64,000 nt of DNA from an uncultured Acidimicrobiales bacterium (GCA_963925805.1 CAWUSE010000004.1:52467-116466), one strand, 5' to 3'. Shown: positions 7,927 through 18,844, counted from the first letter of the stretch. The notes: generated by a model from the sequence alone, not told the origin. Translations and numbers: made by a program.

Positions 7927-8648
7927 CCGAGGTCTGCCGATTCAGTGATTACCTGCTCGAGGGTTGGGCCTCACTGGGTGAGATCAAGTGATACGTGGGT
8001 GGGCAGCTCCGCTTCATGGTCAGTAATCACGCACTGGCCTTCACGCTTGATGCCTTCGGAACTACCCGCCTGGAAAACCTCGAATGGTTCATCGTGCACT
8101 GTTGGTTGTCGCCGCGCGACAACGAATACCGATCGTGTCGATTCGCAGCACGGCTCGATCTTCGATGAGCTTGTCAGTCTGGATGGCCATAGGCGCCAGG
8201 ACCACGCTGCCCGACCGTGTCATGACGTTTGCCGTGAGTTCGTCAAGAAAACAAAGAGCGACTGGTCCGTCGAATTTGCACTTCGAGAGCCATGAAGCCT
8301 CCATGACGCCAATGATCCTGCGCACGGTGAGTGTTTTAGGCTGGACCCAATGCGATGCGTTCGAGCACTCGAAACCGGCTTTTTACATGGCTCAGGACGT
8401 AGCTCCTGGAATCGTTGCGCTGTCGCTAGGCCAAATGAATGGCCCCGACCTTTTTGGCGTCAACACACTTGTGGCAAATAAGTGCGGTTGCTAGCAGTCG
8501 GCCTTCGGTAAGGAATGCGCAGGTAGTACAAGTAATACGGAAGTCGTAATGGAGACTCTGGTGTGACCAGATGGCATGGTGGTGCGTCATAAGTGCAGCA
8601 AAGTTCTGCGGCCTGCTCGGTGAAACGTGCAAGATTGCTGATCAGAAC

Positions 8649-10565
8649 ATGCAAGATGGGGTGATGGAAGAGGATCTCACCCCGAAGCAAGCGACCTCGT
8701 TCACTCAATCTGCGAACAGTTCCGCAGTGCTGAGTTTCGACGATGAAACTGATTTTGATTTTGCTCGTCGCGGACTGATCGCCACCCATCCAACGAAGGT
8801 GATCGGCCGCGACACCGGTGTGGCATGGGACGGCAACCGACACGACTACCTGCGTGATGGGTCCGCAGCGCCAAGCACCGTGCACCCGGGTCTGTGGCGT
8901 CAGGGCCAACTGAATGCCATCCACGGTCTGTTCGAGGTTGGCGACGGAGTTTGGCAAGCTCGGGGTTACGACATTTCGAACATCACATTCATCGATACTG
9001 TCGACGGCTGGCTGATTATCGATCCGCTGACGACAGAACCGACTGCTGCCGCCTGCCTTGCTCTGGCCAACGAGACGCTCGGCGAACGTCCGGTCAGCTC
9101 AGTGATTTATACCCATAGCCATGTTGATCACTACGGCGGCATTCTCGGTGTGACTAGTCGCGAGGACGTCGAGGCTGGCAACTGCCGCATCATCGCTCCC
9201 GAAGGTTTCCTGACCGAGGCGGTGAGCGAGAACGGCACTGCAGGGCCGATCATGATGCGTCGTGCGATCCATCAATTCGGTGTCCTCCTTCCGCACGGCC
9301 CGACAGGCAAGGTCAATACTGGCTTGGGCATCGATATGCCCATCGGCAAGCGCAGCCTGATTGCGCCCACAGAGACGATCTCTGAGACTGGCGCAGAACT
9401 CGACATCGGGGGAGTGCGGGTGGTGTTTCAGAACACACCTGATGCCGAGGCGCCAGCCGAGATGAACTTCTTCTTTCCTGGTAAACGCCTACTGTGTATG
9501 GCTGAAAACTGCTCGCACAACTTGCACAACTTGTATCCGCTGCGTGGTGCCAAGGTTCGAGATGCGCTTGCGTGGAGCAAGTACCTGCACGAGGCATTGG
9601 TCATGTGGGGCGACGACACCGACACTATGTTCGCCAGCCATCATTGGCCACGCTTCGGGCAGGGTGATGTGAAGGACTTTCTAGGGCTGCAGCGCGATGT
9701 GTATCGCTGGATGCACGATCAGACGTTGCGGCTTGCGAACCAGGGTTACACACCTGACGACATAGCGGCCACGCTAAAGATGCCCGCCAACTATTCACAT
9801 CAGTCACATGTGCAGGGTTACTACGGCACGGTGTCACACAATGTCAGATCAGTTTATGACCGGTATCTGGGTTGGTATGACGGCAACCCGTCCAAGCTCA
9901 ACCCTCACCCGCCGGTCGAGGCGGGTAAGCGGTACGTCGAGATGATGGGTGGTGCCGATGCGGTGGTCACCGGTGCACAACGGGCCTTCGACGACGGCGA
10001 TTATCGCTGGGTCGTCCAGGTACTGAACCATCTCATCTTCGCCGATCCCGAAAACCGGACAGCGCGAACATTATCGGCTGATGCGATGGAGCAGCTCGGG
10101 TATCAGTCCGAGTCGGCGACGTGGCGAAATGCCTATCTGAGCGCAGCCCACGAGCTTCGACACGGCTCGTATTACTTGGGTGTCGTCCGCCCGCCCGGGG
10201 TAGCCGATGCCATGACTGGCACGCAGCTCATCGATATGCTGGGCGTGCGGTTTGATCCTGATAAGTTCCGCGACACCGCGTCGATCGCCTGGTCGATCAC
10301 CGGGCGCGACGAGACCCACCTGATGGGCGTTACCAACAAGACCATCCATCACTACGAGGAGCCGACACCAGATCAGATCGCTGGAGCCGACGTTGGGGTC
10401 AACGCCACCCACGCCTCAATGGTGCAGATCGGTTACAACTCGCCGGCGCTGCCCGACTTGCTGTCAGATGGGTCGATCGTTGTGACCGCCGGCGATGCCG
10501 CTGTGCTCGAGGAATTCGTTGCAGCACTCGACGTGAATACCACAGCGACCGTCATCGAGCCTTAG
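8649..10565 (+). CDS. Alkyl/aryl-sulfatase, metallo-beta-lactamase fold (SdsA1/BDS1 type)
   Basis: MBL motif YTHSHVDHYGG. Flanking family sequence: FDFARRGLIA, HPGLWRQGQLN, GLFEV.DGVWQARGYDISNITFI, YYGTVSHNVR.VY.RYLGWYDGNP, plus a C-terminal SCP2-like tail. No signal peptide. Start uncertain (8571/8649/8664). Confidence 0.85.
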   Translation: MQDGVMEEDLTPKQATSFTQSANSSAVLSFDDETDFDFARRGLIATHPTKVIGRDTGVAWDGNRHDYLRDGSAAPSTVHPGLWRQGQLNAIHGLFEVGDGVWQARGYDISNITFIDTVDGWLIIDPLTTEPTAAACLALANETLGERPVSSVIYTHSHVDHYGGILGVTSREDVEAGNCRIIAPEGFLTEAVSENGTAGPIMMRRAIHQFGVLLPHGPTGKVNTGLGIDMPIGKRSLIAPTETISETGAELDIGGVRVVFQNTPDAEAPAEMNFFFPGKRLLCMAENCSHNLHNLYPLRGAKVRDALAWSKYLHEALVMWGDDTDTMFASHHWPRFGQGDVKDFLGLQRDVYRWMHDQTLRLANQGYTPDDIAATLKMPANYSHQSHVQGYYGTVSHNVRSVYDRYLGWYDGNPSKLNPHPPVEAGKRYVEMMGGADAVVTGAQRAFDDGDYRWVVQVLNHLIFADPENRTARTLSADAMEQLGYQSESATWRNAYLSAAHELRHGSYYLGVVRPPGVADAMTGTQLIDMLGVRFDPDKFRDTASIAWSITGRDETHLMGVTNKTIHHYEEPTPDQIAGADVGVNATHASMVQIGYNSPALPDLLSDGSIVVTAGDAAVLEEFVAALDVNTTATVIEP

Positions 10566-10581
10566 ACGTAGGCCTGAGCAG

Positions 10582-10869
10582 TCAGACCCCTTCAACCAAG
10601 ACCATTTCCATTTCGGCCGCACCGGAGCGCACGGCTCGAGCCTCGACATACTCGCTCGAATCGTAGAACGTGCGGGCACCGTTGCTCGTTGGGAACTCCA
10701 ACACCACTATGCGACGCTCGTCGGCATCACCTTCGAGAACCTCGTGCTCGGCACCGCGCACAATGAACTTTCCCCCATGTGCCGCAACTGCAGCAGGAGT
10801 CAAGAGCTTGTATTGGCCGTATTGATCGGCGTTGGTGATTCGTACCCGAGCAATGATATAGGCAGCCAT
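10582..10869 (-). CDS. DUF1330 domain protein
   Basis: MAAYIIARVRITNADQYGQYKLLTPAAVAAHGGKFIVRG...VVLEFPTSNGARTFYDSSEYVEA is the typical DUF1330 pattern. Internal ATG at 10869 preferred. Confidence 0.75.
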   Translation of the reverse strand: MAAYIIARVRITNADQYGQYKLLTPAAVAAHGGKFIVRGAEHEVLEGDADERRIVVLEFPTSNGARTFYDSSEYVEARAVRSGAAEMEMVLVEGV

Positions 10870-10922
10870 AATGTCGACCCTTCTTTGGTTGGACAGTCCG
10901 ACGCTAGCGCTGCTCCAGTAGC

Positions 10923-11354
10923 TCAGGTCGCTGAGGCTGAGTCTTTCAGTTGTTGCATCTCTTCCCAGCTGAGATATCGGGTGATGCCCTCGTCGTCGAA
11001 GAAGACGACAGGTCCTTCGCACACGAAGAGGTATTCGGTATCTTCGAGCGCTTCGGTCTTGCCATGCAACATGCCGTTTGGCTCGTAGTCGTAGTCGCCA
11101 GCTTCGAGCACGCCGTCTCGTACCTGCAACTTTCCCTTGAGCACATAGGTATGTGCGTCAGAGAGGTGTTTGTGCGGTGGAGCGACGTAGCCCTTGTTCC
11201 ACCGAAACAACGCGACCCAGCGTCCGGTCTCGGGGCCAGTCCACAACACCTTTGTCCATGCCATGCCTGGTGCCGTCTCGACCCACGGTTCGCCGGCCCG
11301 CACAATGATGTCGGCCAGTTGATCGTTGATCGGGTTTATGTCTTGCAGCACCAT
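10923..11354 (-). CDS. Cupin-fold protein (ChrR-like cupin)
   Basis: W.ALFRW.KGYVAPPHKHLSDAHTYVLKGKLQVRDG...YEPNGMLHG is a cupin His-containing motif. Start at ATG 11354. Confidence 0.7.
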   Translation of the reverse strand: MVLQDINPINDQLADIIVRAGEPWVETAPGMAWTKVLWTGPETGRWVALFRWNKGYVAPPHKHLSDAHTYVLKGKLQVRDGVLEAGDYDYEPNGMLHGKTEALEDTEYLFVCEGPVVFFDDEGITRYLSWEEMQQLKDSASAT

Positions 11355-11771
11355 GACGGCTCCTTGTAGTTGGAAGCTTGCGTGATGAAGTCTGGCAGAC
11401 CTCAAAGCTTTGGTCGCAGTTCGAATTGGTGCGTTGTGCGCTAGAGGTCGCTGACGTCTGAACATGACAGCCGAGTGTGAGGTCACACCCACAAGCGGGC
11501 TCTCGGCCGACCTTGGCCGCAGCTGAGAACGCTGGAGTGGCTTTGCGCCTCGTGCATGTCGAACCAGGCAAAGACCGTCATCACGTGCGAGTGCTACTGG
11601 GGATGTTCTCTAGCGAAGGTAAAGCGGTGGTAGCAGCGACACCCATCAGCTAGCCGCTCACCCGGGTTCGGTATACAGTCCGGTCGGTATCTAGCGTGAG
11701 GAGCTCTGTATGAACATTGCTGTCACCGATTCTTTGAGCATAAAAGACGTTGGCGCGTTTGCTCGAGTGCC

Positions 11772-13142
11772 TTGAGCGGGGGATTGTCAAAGGTCAATTC
11801 GAGAGCGCTGCTGGCCGTAGCTGCTGGTGCGTTCGGCTCACTTGACACCGCTCTCAATGTGGCTTTCCCTGACTTGGTCGACGATTTCGGCCTGGCAGTG
11901 ACTGATCTCCAGTGGGTCGTCGTTTTCTATGTGCTGGTATACGGGGGATTGCTCTTGGCGGCTGGGCAGCTCGCTGATACCTGGGGCTATACCCGAGTTC
12001 TCAGGATTGGCGCAGGGATCTCGACGATCGCGCTTGTGCTGTGCGGCACCGCTCCGACGTTCGAGTTGCTGTTGGCCGCCCGCGTGCTGCAGGGCATCGG
12101 TGTCGCCATGGTCATGGCATCTGCACCGGCCCTGCTTACCGCTGGCTCGGGGGTCACTCACACCCGAGCCGTTGGCGTGTTCCAGACCGCAGCGGCAGTT
12201 GGTCTGGCCATCGGCCCGATCGTTGGCGGGCCACTGGTCGAGTGGTATGGGTGGCGCGCCGTTTTCTGGTTCCGGGTTCCGTTAGGAGTCGTATTGTTAC
12301 TGCTCACGGCCAGCAATAGATCGACGCCCGCAACCAAATCGAATGACGTCGACCGGATCGGCACACTTCTTGTTTCGATCTCACTCGGCGCTGCGGTACT
12401 TGCGTTGAACCTCACTGGCAGCAGGGGCTGGTTTGACCCAGCTGTCATCGTCGCCGCTCTGTCCGCGGTTGTATCTGCAGCAGCGTTCATCGAATTGAGC
12501 AGTCGGGTCGAGCACCCGATCCTCGAACTCGGCTTGTTTCGTTCCGTCGAGTTCGCAGCAGCAAACCTCTTGGCGGTTGTTGCAAACGGTGCCATGTTTG
12601 CGACCTGGTTACTCGTCCCCTCTCTGCTTGTTGGCCAGCTTGGCGCATCTCTGGTCATCTCTGGTTTGGTCCTTGCCGCCTCGCCGGCAGCTACCGCTGC
12701 AGCTTCCTCATTGGCAGGCCGCTCGAGCGGCCGCACCGCCAGCTGGAGCCTCGGCGCGGTCGGTCTGTTCATTGAGGGCCTCGGCATGATTGGGTTATCG
12801 CAGGTCGACGCCACTTGGTCGGCCGCTCACATAGCGTTGCTGATGGCGGTGGTTGGCGGCGGGCTCGGATTATTCTCCGTGCCGAACATGGCCACGGTCA
12901 TGCAAGGCGTCGGCATCGACAAGCAGGGCGTCGCCGGTGGCCTCTCGTTAATGACTCGCACCATCGGCGTTGTTGCTGGCGTGGCCGCAGCGAGTGCACT
13001 TGCTGATCGCGTCGAACCCACGCGAGGGTTTCTCGGATCGTTCGAGTTCGTCTTTGGGGCCAGCGGAATCGTGCTCTGGGGATCGGGTCTGCTGGCGGCG
13101 GTGTTGGCGGTCCGTCCCCTGATTGCTGGTCGGCGACACTGA
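11772..13142 (+). CDS. MFS transporter (DHA2/EmrB-like, about 14 TM)
   Basis: 456 aa, hydrophobic throughout. Has an MFS motif-A-like GQLADTWGYTRVLRIG. TTG start overlaps the stop of a 21-codon upstream ORF. Confidence 0.85.
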   Translation: MSGGLSKVNSRALLAVAAGAFGSLDTALNVAFPDLVDDFGLAVTDLQWVVVFYVLVYGGLLLAAGQLADTWGYTRVLRIGAGISTIALVLCGTAPTFELLLAARVLQGIGVAMVMASAPALLTAGSGVTHTRAVGVFQTAAAVGLAIGPIVGGPLVEWYGWRAVFWFRVPLGVVLLLLTASNRSTPATKSNDVDRIGTLLVSISLGAAVLALNLTGSRGWFDPAVIVAALSAVVSAAAFIELSSRVEHPILELGLFRSVEFAAANLLAVVANGAMFATWLLVPSLLVGQLGASLVISGLVLAASPAATAAASSLAGRSSGRTASWSLGAVGLFIEGLGMIGLSQVDATWSAAHIALLMAVVGGGLGLFSVPNMATVMQGVGIDKQGVAGGLSLMTRTIGVVAGVAAASALADRVEPTRGFLGSFEFVFGASGIVLWGSGLLAAVLAVRPLIAGRRH

Positions 13143-13212
13143 GCAACACCACTTCGACGGTCTAGGTGGAACTCCACCACTACATTCTTGCGATTTGAAG
13201 GCGAGACAGCGA

Positions 13213-15366
13213 CTACGTCTGTTTGGGCTCGTCGTTGGGCACGACCACACACGGAATGTTGATACGTCGGTCGATGCCACTCGGCACGCCAGAGCGGTGC
13301 CAACGAGATGAGCGAGCCGGCAGAGTGGAGAGGACCACGCCGACAGCGGCTTCGAGCGCAAGTGCGGCTTCGATCGCAGCGATTGGGTCAGCACCGCCGA
13401 TCTCGCCGGTAGCGCTCACACCGAGGGCTTCGATCAGGCCAAGTTGTAGCTCGAGTCGGTCTCGCGCCATCGTCAGATCACCACCGACGGCGAGCGGCAC
13501 AATGACGTGAAACCGGATCTCGTTGCGGTCAGCAGCCAGCCGCTCCAGCTGGGCCATGAGAGCAGCGCCACCAAGGGACTCATTACCCACAATGATGTGT
13601 CGCGGCCCTACGCGGTCGCGTCGCTGCAACACCGGAGCGATCCACCCCTGGTCGAGCCGTTCGAGAGCCAACTCGTCGCTGCGCGATCTGACAATGTCGG
13701 CGCGCGTGCATATGCCAATCAGTAAGCCGTCTTCTACAACCGGCAAGTGGGTGACTTCCTCCTCGGTCATCTTCCTCAGCGCCTCGACCAGGCTGGCGTC
13801 GGGTCCTATGGTCACGACATCAATAGAGGCAATCTCGTGCACGAGTGCGTCACGAGGGCAGTCCTTACTCAGGAGATCGCGGCGTGCGATAAGGCCCAAA
13901 CAATGGCCCTGCTCGTCGACGATAGGGAACGCCCCACGCTCACCTCGGGTTATGCGATCAGCGACTGAACCTACGGTGTCAGCTCGGTCGACCGTGTCTA
14001 CCACGCGGTTCATGACATCGGCGACAGCGGTCGTGCGGAGCGAATCCGATACCAACTCGCTACCGACCCGGATACCACGTCGTGACAACTTCTCGGTGTA
14101 AATGCTCTCGCTCGATAGAGCGCTGAAGACAAGAGCCGCCAGCACGGTGGCCAACATTAACGGCAGCATTACATCGAAGTCTCGAGTGAGCTCGAATACG
14201 AAAACGATCGCAGTAAGCGGTGCACGCGCCGCTGCGCCAAAGACCGCCGCCATCGCGACGACTGCGAAAGCCCCCTGAGAGATCTCGAGTCCAGGTCCGA
14301 TCTTGAGCACCACCGCGGCGAACACGCCACCGAAGCTGGCCCCCAGCAACAACACCGGTGCAAGGGTGCCACCCGATGTCCCCGATCCAAGAGCGACCCA
14401 CCAGGCAACCATCTTGGCCAGAAGAACGGCTGACAGCGTGGTCAGAGCTATCTCTCCAGCCAGGACGTCATCGATCACGTCATAGCCGACGCCAAGTGAC
14501 CGGGGGATAAACAGACCAATGCTCGCGAAAACAAGTGCTCCGATGAGCGGATGCCAGAAGATTGGAAGCCGAAGCGACCGGAATCGACGTTCGGACTCGA
14601 ACAGGCCTCGAGCAATGACGACCGCAACTAATCCGCTGGCTACGCCAAGCACCGCATAGAGCGGGAGCACACCTAATCCCGCATAGTCGTGCGGCGGCAC
14701 GTTGAACAAGGGGCCAGTGCCAAATACTGCTGAATGGATTCCGCCGGCGATCGAAGTGGCCACTACCAGTGGGATGAGAGTCCGCATCGACAGCTCGAAC
14801 AGCAACAACTCGACCGCAAAAAGGATGGCAGCGAGCGGGGAGCCGAACGTCGCCGTCATACCGGCGGCTGCCCCCGAGGCCAACAGGATCTTGCGTTCTG
14901 AAGCGGTTACTCGGAGCACCTGGCCGACGAGCGAGCCAATGGCTCCACCGGTGACGATGATCGGGCCTTCGGCTCCGAACGGGCCACCAGTACCGATCGC
15001 TATCGCCGACGCAAGGGGTTTGGCGATAGCCACACGGGGTGGAATTCGGCTCTGACGGCGGAGCACCGCTTCCATTGCTTCGGGGATGCCGTGACCTCGG
15101 ATGATGGGTGCGACCGTCGCGATGCTGGCAACAATCAATGCACCAATAGCGGCAGCGATGGGAAGACGCGGTGAAGCCTCGAGATCAGATAGCGGCGGGA
15201 TCTCGCCCCACCCCCACTCGCCCAGCAGCGCGATGTGGGTTATCAGGCTTATGGTCCTCACCAACAGGTATGCGGCACCACCAGCCACGCCGCCCACGAG
15301 CGCTGCCAAGCAGACGAGAAATGAGAGTCGTCGTGTTCCTGTAGAAGTAGATCCGAGCGCGATCAA
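13213..15366 (-). CDS. ClC-family chloride channel/antiporter with a CBS pair and a USP-like C-terminal domain
   Basis: 717 aa. ClC selectivity motifs present ([22 protein letters not shown]). These are followed by two CBS repeats and about 130 aa resembling a universal-stress-protein fold (HIIVGNE...FHVIVP...GVVLST...IPCVVVP). Confidence 0.9.
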   Translation of the reverse strand: MIALGSTSTGTRRLSFLVCLAALVGGVAGGAAYLLVRTISLITHIALLGEWGWGEIPPLSDLEASPRLPIAAAIGALIVASIATVAPIIRGHGIPEAMEAVLRRQSRIPPRVAIAKPLASAIAIGTGGPFGAEGPIIVTGGAIGSLVGQVLRVTASERKILLASGAAAGMTATFGSPLAAILFAVELLLFELSMRTLIPLVVATSIAGGIHSAVFGTGPLFNVPPHDYAGLGVLPLYAVLGVASGLVAVVIARGLFESERRFRSLRLPIFWHPLIGALVFASIGLFIPRSLGVGYDVIDDVLAGEIALTTLSAVLLAKMVAWWVALGSGTSGGTLAPVLLLGASFGGVFAAVVLKIGPGLEISQGAFAVVAMAAVFGAAARAPLTAIVFVFELTRDFDVMLPLMLATVLAALVFSALSSESIYTEKLSRRGIRVGSELVSDSLRTTAVADVMNRVVDTVDRADTVGSVADRITRGERGAFPIVDEQGHCLGLIARRDLLSKDCPRDALVHEIASIDVVTIGPDASLVEALRKMTEEEVTHLPVVEDGLLIGICTRADIVRSRSDELALERLDQGWIAPVLQRRDRVGPRHIIVGNESLGGAALMAQLERLAADRNEIRFHVIVPLAVGGDLTMARDRLELQLGLIEALGVSATGEIGGADPIAAIEAALALEAAVGVVLSTLPARSSRWHRSGVPSGIDRRINIPCVVVPNDEPKQT

Positions 15367-15658
15367 AGGTCGCTGACCTGCACGTAACGGTCAGCAAATC
15401 CGTTGACTACCACATCGTTCAGGCTAGCTGCAGCGGCAGCGTTGTATTACTTCGCCGCTCGGGGTTCCTGCCTCTGCTTCTGGTGTAGCGGCGGGAGTGG
15501 CCGGTATGGAGCGAGCATCGGAGACAGCAACCGAGATGGCGATCTCAAATCTGTTCCGCAACATTAAATGGGGCCCCACGTCCAAACCGAAGATGGCTGG
15601 ACTGAGAGCCATCGACTCGAAAGACGGTCGCCAAGACCGGACGCTTTTGCCCGCAAAA

Positions 15659-16360
15659 TTAGGCGAGAACGATGCGTCCACTCAAGGCGTAGTGGTCAGA
15701 AATGAAGAACGATCGGTCATCGATTTCGATCGGCTTGCGGTGCACAACAATGTCGGACACGGAGACGCCAGGGCTGGCAAACCAGCGCGTGAAATAGGCA
15801 CTGAACTCGTAACCATCGGCGCGAAATCGATTACGATGGCTGTCCCATGTTGCGTGGGGTGGCTTGTTCCCGCTGAAGCCGAGTTCGAATAAAGGGTCCG
15901 CCTCGGCCACTCGCATATTCGTGTCGCCCACGATGACCAACGGCAGCGTTGGGCTGGCTTCAATGACCTTGGAGATCTGCATGAGGCGGTCCGGACCTGC
16001 GCCTTTTCCTGCAACAAGATGAACGTTGGCAATGGTGAGGTCAAGGTCAGTGAACGTGGTGAGCACGGCGAATCCATCCACAGCGACGACCCGCAGGCTT
16101 GTCGCTGCCAGTTCGTTGCTCACCAAGGTGGCTAAATTGCCGCTGTGGCTTTTGGGATTGGCCGGCATCATCGTGTGGGTCTCGACGAACGGCACCAGTG
16201 CCGGCAGTTCTTGATAGTGCACCACATCGGGTGTGAGTGCCAGGACCTGTTCGCGGACGGCGGCTTCGGTGTTGCTTGATTCCCAATAGAACGGCGCATC
16301 TGCCGGACGCTCAAGCATGGCCAGATTCCATGAGAAGAAGGTCAGCTGTGATGTGCTCAC
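15659..16360 (-). CDS. Endonuclease/exonuclease/phosphatase (EEP) family protein
   Basis: FFSWNLAML..., YQEL, VIVGDTNM, ISDHYAL are the EEP catalytic motif series. Confidence 0.8.
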   Translation of the reverse strand: MSTSQLTFFSWNLAMLERPADAPFYWESSNTEAAVREQVLALTPDVVHYQELPALVPFVETHTMMPANPKSHSGNLATLVSNELAATSLRVVAVDGFAVLTTFTDLDLTIANVHLVAGKGAGPDRLMQISKVIEASPTLPLVIVGDTNMRVAEADPLFELGFSGNKPPHATWDSHRNRFRADGYEFSAYFTRWFASPGVSVSDIVVHRKPIEIDDRSFFISDHYALSGRIVLA

Positions 16361-16421
16361 GGGTGTGACTGTTCGAGCTGGGGTGCGTCAGGCACGTGAC
16401 GGCCGTCGAGTCCAGTAGTGG

Positions 16422-17153
16422 CTACCCCCAAGGCGGCGGGTCTGGCAAAGCGAAGGCGGCGCTTGCCACCGGTCTGCCGGTTAGGTACATAAGCAATGCG
16501 GAGGCGGGTGCTTCAGCGGCATGTTCATGGGTCGTGACAGTGTGCGGCAAAACAGTGTATTTGTGGCCGGTGTCGGTGGCCTTCAGAATCAGATGATGTG
16601 GGCCTTGTTTGCTAAGTCTCTGGGCCGCATAACCAATCAGAGAGTGAACCGTCGTTTCGGCGGCCGAAGAAAAATCGTAGCCAACGCCGAGGTCGACGTG
16701 GTGAATCTCGACCTCGCGCAGCCGCATCTCGAGAAGCAATCGGGCAGGCACTGTTGAGCGCCCCGTCACCGTCGACAACTGGGTTGACGATTGCCATTGG
16801 TCCGACGTCACCAGGCGAACTTCGGTCGCGAAGGCGCGGGCGCTTAAGGCGAAGTCATCGATGATGACGCGAGCCGGCCTGGTGGCACCGGCGTCGATAT
16901 CAGCGTCACGCGATGCCCGAGACGAGTACATCGGGATCGCTTCGCCCGATCGGACAGACAGAATGGCTAGTCGTAACCCGTCTGCGTTTCTCGCCAGATG
17001 TGTCAGGAGGTGTCCGCGAGTCCAGCCTTGCAGCGTGCAGCGGGACCGAACTTCTGAATCGTCGAGTTGCGCGATGCGCGAGGCGAGTTGATCGGTGCTG
17101 GCTGCTACCGCCGTCACCAGTTGTTCAGCTGTCAGCATCGCCACAGCATCCAC
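16422..17153 (-). CDS. Maleylpyruvate-isomerase-family mycothiol-dependent enzyme (DinB/MDMPI_N, TIGR03083-like)
   Basis: The N-terminal pattern L..V..S...L...I..LDD.....C.L.GWTRGHLLTHLARNADGL is typical of MDMPI_N. Confidence 0.75.
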   Translation of the reverse strand: MDAVAMLTAEQLVTAVAASTDQLASRIAQLDDSEVRSRCTLQGWTRGHLLTHLARNADGLRLAILSVRSGEAIPMYSSRASRDADIDAGATRPARVIIDDFALSARAFATEVRLVTSDQWQSSTQLSTVTGRSTVPARLLLEMRLREVEIHHVDLGVGYDFSSAAETTVHSLIGYAAQRLSKQGPHHLILKATDTGHKYTVLPHTVTTHEHAAEAPASALLMYLTGRPVASAAFALPDPPPWG

Positions 17154-17167
17154 TCACAGAAACCACG

Positions 17168-17914
17168 TTAGGGATGCACGCCACCGTCGACGATGTAGGC
17201 CTGACCGCTGCAATAGTCTGAGTCGTCGCTGGCAAGGAACAGCGCCATGTTGGCGATGTCTCTGGCCTGGCCCATGCGACGCAACGGGATGGTCCGTTCG
17301 ACGCGTTGACGTACCTCGGGGTCGGTGAAGGACCGCATGTCGGCCGTCATAGGTGTCTCGATGATGCCGGGATGAATCGAGTTGACCCGGATGCCGTAGC
17401 GACCCCACTCTTTCGCCGCCGCCTTTGTGATACCGGTAACCCCGAACTTGGATGCTGAGTACACGCCATGGTTCGCCACGCCCTGGAGTCCAGCCACCGA
17501 ACTGACATTGACGATCGAACATGGCAGCTCAGCCTTAATCATGGCGTCGGCGACGGTGCGCATGCCCAGGAATGTGCCTCGCAGATTGATGTCGGTCACC
17601 CGCTCGAAGTCCTCGATGGTGGTGGCGAGCAGTTTCTTAACTAAGTCGACGCCGGCATTGTTGACGAGAACATCGATACGGCCATGGTCGGCCATGACTT
17701 GGTCGACGATGGCCTGCCATTGGTCCTCGGCCCGGACGTCGAGATGGTGGTAGCTGGCTTGGTCGATCTTCGCGGCCGTGGCCTGACCGTCGGTATCGAG
17801 CACGTCCGCGAGCACGACGGTGGCACCCTCAGCCGCAAACAGTTGAGCCTCTTCGGCACCCATACCGCGTGCCCCACCGGTGATTACGGCCACCTTGGCG
17901 TCTAGACGTCCCAT
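17168..17914 (-). CDS. Short-chain dehydrogenase/reductase (classical SDR)
   Basis: TGGARGMG cofactor motif, NNAG, and catalytic S...YSASK. Confidence 0.9.
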   Translation of the reverse strand: MGRLDAKVAVITGGARGMGAEEAQLFAAEGATVVLADVLDTDGQATAAKIDQASYHHLDVRAEDQWQAIVDQVMADHGRIDVLVNNAGVDLVKKLLATTIEDFERVTDINLRGTFLGMRTVADAMIKAELPCSIVNVSSVAGLQGVANHGVYSASKFGVTGITKAAAKEWGRYGIRVNSIHPGIIETPMTADMRSFTDPEVRQRVERTIPLRRMGQARDIANMALFLASDDSDYCSGQAYIVDGGVHP

Positions 17915-18061
17915 GAGTACTCCTTCTTAGGCGAACAGTGCGTAGCGAACCACGGTGTCAGATGCGGTCGATTCAACCAAGTTCAGACAAAGGTTGGCCG
18001 AGTCGCGTGTCATGGCACATGTTCACGCGAACGTGGCAAGGGCACAACAAAGCAAGCCCGG

Positions 18062-18844
18062 CTACATCGTGAACCGAAGTGAACGGGCGGCCTTTTCGCC
18101 GAGTTCGGGGTCGCCGCTCCAGGTGACTCGTCCGTCATCGATTGGGCCTTGTGGATCAATGCGCCCACATGCAAGCAAAGCGAAAGTTGTCGAGTTGAGG
18201 TTCAGGACCACATCAGGGTTTGGCAACGAGTCGACATTGCCAGCGCGACCGTCGACCTTGACGTGCATTTCGCGTTCAACGGGTCCGGTCAAGTTGATGG
18301 TCATGCCTTTGCCTTCGGGCACACCAATCTTCTTGCCAACGATATAGGGAAGTGAGATCTCGATCTCGTTGAGAGCCATCTCAGCGGCAGCACCGCTTTC
18401 ATGGCCAGGAATCCCGAGAGGTCCACGGATGTCCTGTTCATGGACCCAGTAGTCGAAGACTCGGATTGCCATAAATCGGCCGTAGGTCTGAGCACCCACT
18501 GGTGTCATTGATGGCAGCGCAAGTTGTTCAGCGGTGTACCCAGCCATTTCCTGACGACGTGCCGCAATGGTTTGGCGATAGGCCGCCAGCAAATCAGCAT
18601 TGTTAAGGCTGTCGACATCACCGATGTAGTCGCCGACCTTGCTGAACGGAACGCTCTCGGTCCAGGATCCCGGCGCATCGCCAGAAAGCATGTGTTCGAC
18701 GGCGGCAAGGTGCATAGCCACACCACGCACATCCCAGTCTGGGCAGTAGGACTGCACTGCCCACTGGTCGTTATTGAGGTCCGCGAGCAGCGCATCTACG
18801 GAGTCCATGCAGTCGTTGAGAAGGGTGATGGCTTCGAGACTCAT
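18062..18844 (-). CDS. DinB/MDMPI-family mycothiol-dependent enzyme with an SCP2-like C-terminal part
   Basis: N-terminal [19 protein letters not shown]...E (MDMPI_N-like). Its start overlaps the upstream stop by 4 nt. Confidence 0.7.
   Translation of the reverse strand: MSLEAITLLNDCMDSVDALLADLNNDQWAVQSYCPDWDVRGVAMHLAAVEHMLSGDAPGSWTESVPFSKVGDYIGDVDSLNNADLLAAYRQTIAARRQEMAGYTAEQLALPSMTPVGAQTYGRFMAIRVFDYWVHEQDIRGPLGIPGHESGAAAEMALNEIEISLPYIVGKKIGVPEGKGMTINLTGPVEREMHVKVDGRAGNVDSLPNPDVVLNLNSTTFALLACGRIDPQGPIDDGRVTWSGDPELGEKAARSLRFTM

Noticed and set aside
15367-15658. Fluoride (crcB-motif) riboswitch upstream of the ClC gene
   Set aside because: The conserved crcB-motif core is not present. The channel carries CBS domains, unlike CLC-F. 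Only a generic 7-bp hairpin (GCTGACC...GGTCAGC, 15377-15400) was seen.
15424-15681. 85-aa minus-strand ORF between the EEP gene and the ClC gene
   Set aside because: It has no recognisable family and a biased Ala/Pro/Ser composition, and it overlaps the EEP gene's 3' end by 23 nt. It cannot be supported as a gene from sequence alone.
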